Source of the DNA: an uncultured Veillonellaceae bacterium
GTDB lineage: Bacteria; Bacillota; Negativicutes; UBA1444
Direction of reading: 5' to 3'
Assembly (NCBI GenBank): GCA_964647865.1
Contig: CAZYJK010000001.1
Location: 1-49,808 of the forward strand
Length of the DNA: 49,808 bases
This document shows, in pieces, positions 35,398 through 42,822 of the stretch. The notes under the pieces are model-generated. The model saw only the letters and a list, made by a program, of their open reading frames with translations, was not told where the DNA came from and searched no databases. Position numbers and translations under genes: made by a program. How positions within the stretch are numbered: position 1 is the first letter of the stretch; the number at the start of each line of letters is the position of its first letter.

Positions 35398-36957
35398 TTA
35401 TTTCGCGGGAAAAACGATGCCATATTTTTTCAGTTTCTTCAATACGGCAGTATGGGACAAGCCCAATGCCTCTCCCAGTCGTCGTGATGAACGGTGATGC
35501 TGAACCGCCTGCAACAGCGCCTCCCGCTCGGCCTCCGCCACCGATTCTTCCAGCCGGAATAGCCCGAACGGCTTCTGCGGCTGGGCAATCGGCGCGATGT
35601 TGTCCTGCACCTGGATGTGGTGGGCCAGGATAGCCGGACCGTCGACCAGGTTGACAGCCCGCTCCAGCACATTTTCCAGTTCGCGGATATTGCCTGGCCA
35701 CTGATAGCGGATCAATTTTGCCATGGCAGCTTCACCGATCAGCGGCGATGGTTTTTTGGCGCGAAGAGCAAAGCGACGTAGAAAAAAATCAACCAATAAT
35801 GGAATATCCTCCGGCCGTTCCCGTAGCGGCGGCAGAAACAATGGAATGACGTTCAGCCGATAATAAAGGTCTGCGCGAAACATATCCCGGGACATCAAAT
35901 CTTCCAGGTTGCGATGCGTGGCCGCCATCACCCGCACATCGACGTCGATTTCCATCGTACCGCCGACCCGGCGGATTTTACCGTCCTGCAGCACGCGCAA
36001 AAGCTTGGCCTGCAACGTGCTGGACAGTTCGCCCACCTCGTCCAGCAAGATCGTTCCGCCATCGGCATACTCAAACAATCCTCTTTTTCCGCCGCGGGCC
36101 GCGCCGGAAAAAGACCCTTCCTCATAGCCAAACAATTCGCTTTCCAGCAACTGATCCGGGATAGCCGCGCAATTGATCGGCACGAACATGCGGGATGCGC
36201 GCGGCGAAGCTTCATGGATCGCCCGGGCGAACAATTCCTTGCCGGTACCGGTCTCTCCCCGCAGCAGCACAGTCGAGTCACCGCGGGCAATGGTCCGGGC
36301 CATCGCCAGTGTCCGTTTCATCACGTTGCTTTCATGAACGATCCGATGAAATGCCGCAGGCAACTGTCCGGTCACCGACTGGACCAGTTCACGGACTTCG
36401 CTGATATCCTTGAGTACGGAAACAGCTCCGATAATCCGTCCCGACTGGTCAAAAATCGGTCGTCCACTGGCCAGATAATGACTCTTGGTCTTTTGCAGCA
36501 CAATCTCGCGGTTGTTATAGGCTGACCCGTTTCGCAACGTTTCCATCAACGGCAGATCCGCCGGCAAATGCTCCGTCAGCATATGACCGACGATTTGTTG
36601 ACGCGGCAAATGCAAAATCCGTTCCGCTGCCGGATTATAGTGAGTGACTACACCGGCTGCATCGATTGCCACAATCCCCTCGCTTACCGAGCTCATCACA
36701 GCCTTTAGTTGCTCGGTCCTAACCTGATGCGGCATCAAATCGATCGATACGACATCCAACACCTGGGGAATCGCAAGCAGAGCCGACACCACCTCCTGCC
36801 GGACCGCTGTAGTCATCGGTTCCAGTTCCAGGTAGGCAGTATTCGGCTCTACTTCCATTGAAATAATATTGATTTTACGGGCTGCCAATACCTCGGAGAT
36901 ATCGAGCACCAGCCCGACCCGGTCCACGTTCGGCAGCTTTAGGCGTATGGTTTCCAT
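35398..36957 (-). CDS. sigma-54-dependent transcriptional activator: ACT - PAS - AAA+ - HTH (TyrR-like architecture)
   Basis: The ACT-like N-terminus reads RLKLPNVDRVGLVLDISEVLAARKINIISMEV. A PAS region follows. The AAA+ domain has Walker A GETGTGKE, the sigma-54 contact loop ESELFGYEEGSFSGA (a GAFTGA variant) and the R-finger region. The C-terminal Fis-type HTH reads SSRRLGEALGLSHTAVLKKLKKYGI. Confidence 0.9.
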   Translation of the reverse strand: METIRLKLPNVDRVGLVLDISEVLAARKINIISMEVEPNTAYLELEPMTTAVRQEVVSALLAIPQVLDVVSIDLMPHQVRTEQLKAVMSSVSEGIVAIDAAGVVTHYNPAAERILHLPRQQIVGHMLTEHLPADLPLMETLRNGSAYNNREIVLQKTKSHYLASGRPIFDQSGRIIGAVSVLKDISEVRELVQSVTGQLPAAFHRIVHESNVMKRTLAMARTIARGDSTVLLRGETGTGKELFARAIHEASPRASRMFVPINCAAIPDQLLESELFGYEEGSFSGAARGGKRGLFEYADGGTILLDEVGELSSTLQAKLLRVLQDGKIRRVGGTMEIDVDVRVMAATHRNLEDLMSRDMFRADLYYRLNVIPLFLPPLRERPEDIPLLVDFFLRRFALRAKKPSPLIGEAAMAKLIRYQWPGNIRELENVLERAVNLVDGPAILAHHIQVQDNIAPIAQPQKPFGLFRLEESVAEAEREALLQAVQHHRSSRRLGEALGLSHTAVLKKLKKYGIVFPAK

Positions 36958-36992
36958 GCGACGTCCCCTCTCGCGGTGACGTCCAAAACTTT

Positions 36993-38108
36993 TTACAGCA
37001 AGCCGGTCAGCTCAGTGTAGGGAAGTTTCAGTGCATCAGCCACCGCCTGATAAGTCAGATGACCCTGAGTAACATTGATTCCTTTGGCAAAACCGGCGTT
37101 TTCCTTTGCCATGGCCTTCCAGCCGCGACCGGCAATTTGCAGAGCGTACGGCAATGTGGCATTCGTCAGCGCCAAGGTCGAAGTCCGGGCGACCGCGCCA
37201 GGCATATTGGCTACCGAATAATGAACGACGCCATGTTTAATGAATGTCGGATTGCTATGCGTGGTCACATGGTCGCAGGTCTCCACGCAACCGCCCTGGT
37301 CAATGGCCACATCCACGATGACCGAGCCGGCCTCCATGGTTTTGACCATGCTTTCCGTCACCAGTTTGGGGGCCTTGGCGCCATGGATCAATACGGCGCC
37401 GATCAGCAGGTCGGCTTTACGGGTCCACTCGGCAATATTGTAGGAATTGGAACTGATTGTCATCACGGTACCCTGGAACAGGTCATCCAGTTGGCGCAGC
37501 CGTTCAGCCGAGCTGTCGATGATCGCGACCCTGGCGCCCATGCCTCTGGCGATCCGCGCCGCATTGGTTCCGACGATACCGCCGCCGATTACGACGACCT
37601 GCGCCGGCTCGACTCCCGGTACGCCGCCAAGCAAAACACCCTTGCCGCCTTCATGTTTTTCCAGGAAATGAGCGCCGACCTGCGTCGCCATCCGTCCAGC
37701 AATTTCACTCATCGGAATCAATAACGGCAAACTACGGTTGACACCCTCGATTGTTTCATAGGCAATCCCGGTCACTTTCGCCTTTAGCATGGCACGGGTC
37801 AGTTCCGGTTCCGGCGCCAGATGCAAATAAGTGAACAGCAGTTGCCCCTCATGGAACATTTCATATTCAGGCTCCAGCGGTTCTTTGACCTTCATGATCA
37901 TTTCGGCTCTATCAAACAGCTTCTTCTTGTCAGCGACGATTTCCGCCCCATAATTCGCATACATCGCATCGGCAAAGCCACTGCCGACTCCCGCGCCGGT
38001 TTCCACCAAAACCTGATGCCCCGCCGCCCGAAAAGCTTCCGCTCCCGCCGGGGTCAAGGCGACCCGGTTCTCATTGTTCTTAATTTCTTTGACTACGCCA
38101 ATAATCAT
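36993..38108 (-). CDS. ald: alanine dehydrogenase
   Basis: A start at ATG 38108 (GGAGG upstream) gives [22 protein letters not shown]...[22 protein letters not shown]..., the canonical Ald N-terminus and NAD fold. The 25-codon extension in the track ORF would cover the promoter. Confidence 0.93.
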   Translation of the reverse strand: MIIGVVKEIKNNENRVALTPAGAEAFRAAGHQVLVETGAGVGSGFADAMYANYGAEIVADKKKLFDRAEMIMKVKEPLEPEYEMFHEGQLLFTYLHLAPEPELTRAMLKAKVTGIAYETIEGVNRSLPLLIPMSEIAGRMATQVGAHFLEKHEGGKGVLLGGVPGVEPAQVVVIGGGIVGTNAARIARGMGARVAIIDSSAERLRQLDDLFQGTVMTISSNSYNIAEWTRKADLLIGAVLIHGAKAPKLVTESMVKTMEAGSVIVDVAIDQGGCVETCDHVTTHSNPTFIKHGVVHYSVANMPGAVARTSTLALTNATLPYALQIAGRGWKAMAKENAGFAKGINVTQGHLTYQAVADALKLPYTELTGLL

Positions 38109-38162
38109 GCCAATCTGCCTCCGCTTCTTCATGTGAAGGGTGTTCCTTCCACATGGAAACAG

Positions 38163-38178
38163 TGCAAAAATCATGCCA
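38163..38178 (-). promoter_or_regulatory. sigma-54 (-24/-12) promoter upstream of ald
   Basis: The minus strand reads TGGCAT-GATTT-TTGCA, against the consensus TGGCAC-N5-TTGCA. GG and GC have exact 10-nt register spacing. The -12 element lies 54 nt upstream of the ald ATG. Confidence 0.8.
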
Positions 38179-38319
38179 ACCAATAGGCGACTTGTTCACA
38201 ACATCGTCGCATCGCAGAATTCACAGTCGTCGGCGGCGCTTACTGCATTCAGCGTTTATTAAGTCCCGCCAAACAGCTCCACGTTTCCGGAATACAATGT
38301 TTCCACAATCGTTAATTTT

Positions 38320-38359
38320 ACTTTACATTTTGTAACGTAAAGTTTCCAGTATGTTTACA
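38320..38359. promoter_or_regulatory. array of TTTAC/GTAAA inverted half-sites, a candidate enhancer (UAS) for the sigma-54 activator
   Basis: ACTTTAC-N10-GTAAAGT (38320-38343) has TTACA-TTT-TGTAA nested inside it, and GTAAAG-N11-GTTTAC extends to 38359. The array sits 140-190 bp upstream of the -24/-12 element. Confidence 0.4.
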
Positions 38360-38360
38360 A

Positions 38361-38391
38361 GAAAACCTTCTCCCATGCGAAGAAGGTTTTC
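38361..38391 (-). terminator. hairpin 15 nt after the EAL-HDOD gene stop (probable terminator, weak U-tract)
   Basis: 11-bp stem gaaaaccttct / agaaggttttc with a 9-nt loop. On the minus strand it is followed only by TTGT. Confidence 0.45.
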
Positions 38392-38405
38392 CATAGCAAC
38401 TGAAA

Positions 38406-39623
38406 TTAAGACAACAATACGAACAGGCCTTGCGCCCACTCCAGCGCCTGACGATAAAGCTTTGCCACATCCTGTTCGGGGATGCCGATCTTTTGCGCCA
38501 TCGCCGAAAACTCTTCCCACTCGGCCTTTTCATAATGTCGTGCCATGATGTGCAATTGGCCCAAATCGTTATCTCCCCGCAGCAACGCGACGACGATATC
38601 GTCTTCCAGCGGCAATTCGCGCAACACATCGGTCATCGGACGGTCCAGCATCGCATCGACCAAAGAGAACAAGCCGACCAGAAAAGCCTGGTTGCTCCGC
38701 TTGCTCCAGCCCATCTGAAACGCCAACAGCTCACCAAAACGCGCCCTGATCAAAGAAAGAACAACAATTTCATCAGGTTTCTCCTGGGCAATATTCTGTA
38801 GCGCCAGCAAAGAAATCCATTTGAGAATTTCCTTACGCCCCAGCATGACCAGCGCCTGACGCACGGACGAGATCTTGTTGCGTACGCCAAAGAAAGAAGA
38901 GTTGATAAACTTGAGCAATTTGAAGGATAACGCGACATCGCGCCGGAAAATCTGTTCCATTTTGTCAAAGTCGATTTCCATCCGGCTGGCTTCCCGCAAC
39001 ATATTAAGATAGTTTACGGTATAACCCGGGATATCCCGTCCGGTAAAGATTTCCGGCCGACCGAAGAAATAACCTTGAAAATACTGATAGCCGAAATCCT
39101 TGGCCTGCTTGAAATCAAAATAACTTTCGACTTTTTCCGCCAGCAGGGCTACCCCCATCGGCGCCAACTGTGCGGCAATCGCTTTGCGTTCGGCTTCTTT
39201 GGTCTTTATGAAATCTACTTTGACCATATCTACCAGTTTGAGGATTTCCGCTGACGCCTTATGATAGACAAAATCATCCAGCACAACCATGTAGCCTTTT
39301 TCTTTCAAATGGCGGCAGGCGGCCACCACATCCGGGTCCGCGTCCACCGTCTCAGAAAACTCGACCGCCAATACTTTTGCTGGCAAGATCGTCATCATCT
39401 CCTGCTTGACCAAGCGCGGCGTGAAGTTTACGAAAGCCTTCTTGCCACCCGCCAAATCATCGACAATCTTGAGAAAAAAGCTGCTGTTGATGACATCTGC
39501 AGTGGCTTGATCCCGGTCCGAACCGGGGAAAAAGTCGCCGGTCCCATTGCGGAATAAAAGTTCATAGCCGATGACCTTCTTGTCCACGTTAAATATCGGT
39601 TGTCTCGCAACATGAACTTCCAT
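38406..39623 (-). CDS. EAL plus HDOD domain protein (PdeH/YuxH-like c-di-GMP phosphodiesterase architecture)
   Basis: MEVHVARQPIFNVDKKVIGYELLFR (an ELL variant of EAL), ...FVNF..., ...EFSE..., ...LDDFVYH..., ...KVDF..., ...LAEKVES...QGYFFGRP. The C-terminal ~200 aa is HDOD-like. I prefer ATG 39623 because the GGAGGG lies inside the first five track codons. Confidence 0.8.
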   Translation of the reverse strand: MEVHVARQPIFNVDKKVIGYELLFRNGTGDFFPGSDRDQATADVINSSFFLKIVDDLAGGKKAFVNFTPRLVKQEMMTILPAKVLAVEFSETVDADPDVVAACRHLKEKGYMVVLDDFVYHKASAEILKLVDMVKVDFIKTKEAERKAIAAQLAPMGVALLAEKVESYFDFKQAKDFGYQYFQGYFFGRPEIFTGRDIPGYTVNYLNMLREASRMEIDFDKMEQIFRRDVALSFKLLKFINSSFFGVRNKISSVRQALVMLGRKEILKWISLLALQNIAQEKPDEIVVLSLIRARFGELLAFQMGWSKRSNQAFLVGLFSLVDAMLDRPMTDVLRELPLEDDIVVALLRGDNDLGQLHIMARHYEKAEWEEFSAMAQKIGIPEQDVAKLYRQALEWAQGLFVLLS

Positions 39624-39826
39624 TTCCAATCCCTCCATATATGTGCATCATGGATAGCTGGGTGAAATCTTTTATTGTTCTGATAATTTCTTCCTGACGT
39701 TATTTCTTCGCGCTACCTGATCTTATTTCCTGCTTTATTGCCGCAGACAGCGCATATTTCTTTTTTTCTCCAGCCACTCCAGGCGTCACTGCTCTTTCAG
39801 TAAACCGATCACCCCTTGACTTACAA

Positions 39827-40990
39827 TTACAATAGCAGCCGCTCGCAGGTCTCCATATCTGTCCCCAGCAAATCCAGCGCCGCCGGTACCAACTTCGGCA
39901 TCACAAAAGCTTTTTTCTGTTGCCAGGAAAAATAATCGGCAACATGCACCGCCGCGACCACTTCCCGGTTCAAGACCGCTTCATTCAACGGATCATGGTG
40001 GAACATGGCAGCCTCGACGATCGGATGCGGCAAGCTCCACCAATTCAGCAAAAACCCGCCGACCTCATCATGGGATATTCCCATCAAGCTGCGTTCGGTA
40101 TCGCGGAACGTCGTCGCCTTGTTTTGAAACACCGACCGCGCCACCCCGGCATAAGGCTGCGCATAATCCTTCAACAGCAGGATGCGGCCGATGTCATGGA
40201 GCAGACCCGCTGTCGCTTCGCTATCCTTCATCGTGCGACCGAGGCAACGCTCAAAGATGGTGTGGGTCATCCGATTGACCCGGTCGGCATGGTCCCACAA
40301 AACGTCTTTGGAAAAGAATCCGCCATGCATCCCGTCGAGTTGTTTAAGAACCGTCAGTCCCAATACGACCGTCTTAAGGTTGGTCAGCCCCATATAGACG
40401 ATTGCCTGCCGGACCGAGCCGGTGCTCATGTTATAATACACCGAATTCGCGACCTGCAATAATTTTGCCGTCACCGTCTGGTCCTGCTCCACGACGTGGG
40501 CGATTTCTTCCACACCGGCCTCGCTCTCGATCAGCGCGCTAACACGCGAGTAAAGCTCCGGCACCGTCGGCAGATCCCGCAGATTGTTAAAAACCTCCAG
40601 CAGCTGTCGGCGTGAAAACAACTCTCCCAAATGCAACAACTTTTCCACTTCAGCCAATAGCTTGGCATTATCCCATGGTTTTAAAATATACATCCGGGCC
40701 GAACCGTCACGCAGGCAATTGATGACATCCTTGCCCTCGGCAAAACCGCTCAGAATCGCCCGCATGGTCGTCGGATACAGCGATCGGACCTGCTTTAGGA
40801 GCTGGTGTCCGTCCATTCCCGGCATTCGCATATCACTTATCACCAAATCGATTTTTTCATCGGCCAAAAGCGCCAACGCAGCTTCGCCGCCGCTTGCCGA
40901 AAACACCTGATGTCCGGCCGGAACAAAGATCCGTTCCAAGGCATGCACTACATTTTCTTCGTCATCGACCAGCAATAACTTTTTTCCCAT
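39827..40990 (-). CDS. response regulator with a CheY receiver and an HDOD output domain
   Basis: The receiver reads MGKKLLLVDDEENVVHALERIF...DLVISDMRMPGMDG...ILKPW. An HDOD-like region follows: ...LPTVPELYSRV...LLQVANSVYY...LLHDIGRILL... Confidence 0.85.
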   Translation of the reverse strand: MGKKLLLVDDEENVVHALERIFVPAGHQVFSASGGEAALALLADEKIDLVISDMRMPGMDGHQLLKQVRSLYPTTMRAILSGFAEGKDVINCLRDGSARMYILKPWDNAKLLAEVEKLLHLGELFSRRQLLEVFNNLRDLPTVPELYSRVSALIESEAGVEEIAHVVEQDQTVTAKLLQVANSVYYNMSTGSVRQAIVYMGLTNLKTVVLGLTVLKQLDGMHGGFFSKDVLWDHADRVNRMTHTIFERCLGRTMKDSEATAGLLHDIGRILLLKDYAQPYAGVARSVFQNKATTFRDTERSLMGISHDEVGGFLLNWWSLPHPIVEAAMFHHDPLNEAVLNREVVAAVHVADYFSWQQKKAFVMPKLVPAALDLLGTDMETCERLLL

Positions 40991-41029
40991 ATCAAAACCA
41001 CCCTTGCTTTTGCTGAATCAATCGCACGC

Positions 41030-41503
41030 TCAGTTTCTGGTGGAAGGGTCGGGCCGCTCTACCCGGCCCACGGCTTCCAGCGGCGCAACGCCGGAGTACA
41101 GCACGTCGGTGAACGCGGCAAAATAGCGGTCCGTCGTAGAAATATTCACCGCAATCAACGTTTCCACCATCCGCCTGGTCAATTCGCCGCCTTCGACATC
41201 GATACTGGTCTTATAGCGGATTTCCCCATCAGTCATATCCAGCTCAAAGTTGCCGATATTCAAGCCATAGTTGATCCGCGCCAATAATTCGGCCACGATC
41301 TGGCGTTGCTCTTCAGCTACCCGAATCGGCACAATCGAATAAAAGACAAAAATCTCGTGATCCTCATTCGCCTGACCAAAACACTCATAACGGGCGCTTT
41401 TGCCGGAAAAACTGAATCGGATCGCCAACTCACCGGGAATTTCCTCGTAACGCCAATCATCTTCCTGCAAAAAAGCGACCACCGAATCAAACACCCGTCC
41501 CAT
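41030..41503 (-). CDS. YbjN domain protein (putative sensory-transduction / chaperone-like family)
   Basis: 157 aa: MGRVFDSVVAFLQEDDWRYEEI...FSFSGKSARYECFGQANEDHEIFVFYSI...LARINYGLNIGNFELDMTDGEIRYKTS is the YbjN pattern. Confidence 0.7.
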   Translation of the reverse strand: MGRVFDSVVAFLQEDDWRYEEIPGELAIRFSFSGKSARYECFGQANEDHEIFVFYSIVPIRVAEEQRQIVAELLARINYGLNIGNFELDMTDGEIRYKTSIDVEGGELTRRMVETLIAVNISTTDRYFAAFTDVLYSGVAPLEAVGRVERPDPSTRN

Positions 41504-41540
41504 CGCCTTACCTCCCGCTGTTCATACCCGTTCGCGTCTT

Positions 41541-41569
41541 ATTCTATCATTTCGCCCAGGCCCCTGCAA
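41541..41569 (-). promoter_or_regulatory. sigma-70-type promoter for the ybjN / RR-HDOD / EAL-HDOD unit (TTGCAG-N17-TGaTAGAAT)
   Basis: The minus strand reads TTGCAG (41564-41569), a 17-nt spacer, then TAGAAT (41541-41546) with an extended -10 TG, about 38 nt upstream of ATG 41503. Confidence 0.55.
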
Positions 41570-41655
41570 CGCGCCCTTTTGCCCGGATAGCTATATCGAC
41601 CGGCAAGCGGGATATGGTAAAATGAAACGGCAATATCTTGGAGAGGGTCGTTTTC

Positions 41656-42822
41656 ATGAGCAAACGCATTTTGTTTATCATATCCGATACTGGCGGCGGT
41701 CATCGCAGTGCTGCCAATGCCATCGCAGCCAGCCTGACCAGTCTCGATCCGGAAATCCGTTTTGAAATGGTCGATCTGCTCAGGGCCAGTCGCCTGCCCG
41801 GCATTCGTAACGCACCAGAGATTTATGCCTTCTTCTCAGCCAAAAGCATCGGGCTTTACAATCTACTGTATCGATTGGCCGACTATACCGGCTTCATGAA
41901 CCTTGCCTCAAAATTCCTTTATCAGTTTGCCCGCTCGCATATTCAGCAAACGATTGAAGGATTCAAGCCAGACTTGGTGGTAGTGATTCATCCGCTGGCA
42001 GTCCGCCCGATATGCGACTATCGCGACGAGACTTCGGCAACCTGGCCGATTGTCACCGTCGTGACAGATCTCGTCAGCATCCATGCATCCTGGGCCTCCG
42101 ACAGGGCCGACTTCTATCTGCTGCCCACTCCGCAAGCCGTCAGGCGACTATTGCAACTGGGCGTCGCCAAAACCAAACTCCGGTTGACCGGGTTTCCTGT
42201 ACATCCCCGCTTTCTCGCCGCATTGCCGGACAGCCAGACAGCGCGACAGTCGTTAGGATTGCCGCTTGATCGCTTTACCGTGCTGTTGACCAGTGGCGGG
42301 GCCGGCGGCGGACAGGTCGCAAGACTCGTCGATGCATTTGAGAAGCATTGCCCCGAATGCAGTCTGCTGGTCGTCACCGGTCGCAACGAAAGGCTGTACG
42401 AACAATTGACCCAACGCACCGTGCCGCAGTTCAGCCGAATTTACCAATTTGTCGACAATATGGAAGTCCTGATGTCAGCCTGCGATGTCGTGGTGACCAA
42501 AGCCGGTCCCGGCACGATCATGGAAACGGCGACACTGGGCAAACCAATCATCCTGACCGGTGCGGTAGGTCTGCAGGAAGAAGGCAACATCGGCTTCGTG
42601 ACCGAAACGCGGCTCGGGGTTTATTGCCCGGACCCGGCCCAGGCAGCCGAATCAGCCGCCGCCATGCGAGCGACGCGACCAACGGATAAACCGCTCAGCA
42701 AGACAATTCCGCCCCTAGCCGGGACCACCGCTATCGCCGAAACTCTTCTATCGCTATTGCCCCGCCAGACAGGCGCAACCGATAAATCCAAAACCGGGGA
42801 GGTCGCTGATGCCCACTCCTGA
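41656..42822 (+). CDS. glycosyltransferase of the MGDG-synthase / UgtP-like (GT28) type, a diacylglycerol glycosyltransferase
   Basis: MSKRILFIISDTGGGHRSAANAI... is the characteristic N-terminal MGDG_synth motif. The C-terminal Glyco_tran_28_C-like region reads ...MSACDVVVTKAGPGTIMET...PII.. I prefer ATG 41656 (GGAGAGGG upstream) over the TTG at 41638. Confidence 0.8.
   Translation: MSKRILFIISDTGGGHRSAANAIAASLTSLDPEIRFEMVDLLRASRLPGIRNAPEIYAFFSAKSIGLYNLLYRLADYTGFMNLASKFLYQFARSHIQQTIEGFKPDLVVVIHPLAVRPICDYRDETSATWPIVTVVTDLVSIHASWASDRADFYLLPTPQAVRRLLQLGVAKTKLRLTGFPVHPRFLAALPDSQTARQSLGLPLDRFTVLLTSGGAGGGQVARLVDAFEKHCPECSLLVVTGRNERLYEQLTQRTVPQFSRIYQFVDNMEVLMSACDVVVTKAGPGTIMETATLGKPIILTGAVGLQEEGNIGFVTETRLGVYCPDPAQAAESAAAMRATRPTDKPLSKTIPPLAGTTAIAETLLSLLPRQTGATDKSKTGEVADAHS

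Noticed and set aside
35121-35701. 100-aa and 118-aa minus-strand ORFs covering the gcvT leader and the 3' end of the EBP gene
   Set aside because: The first is fully explained by the tandem glycine riboswitch. The second is an out-of-frame overlap with the well-supported sigma-54 activator gene.
38109-38183. 25-codon N-terminal extension of ald in the ORF track. Similar extensions occur on 7611-8378, 11431-12615, 12527-13471, 17972-18928, 23231-23803, 27761-29221, 29701-29952 and 46417-48315.
   Set aside because: Internal starts with good SD sequences give N-termini colinear with known family members. The extensions overlap upstream genes or, for ald, the sigma-54 promoter itself.
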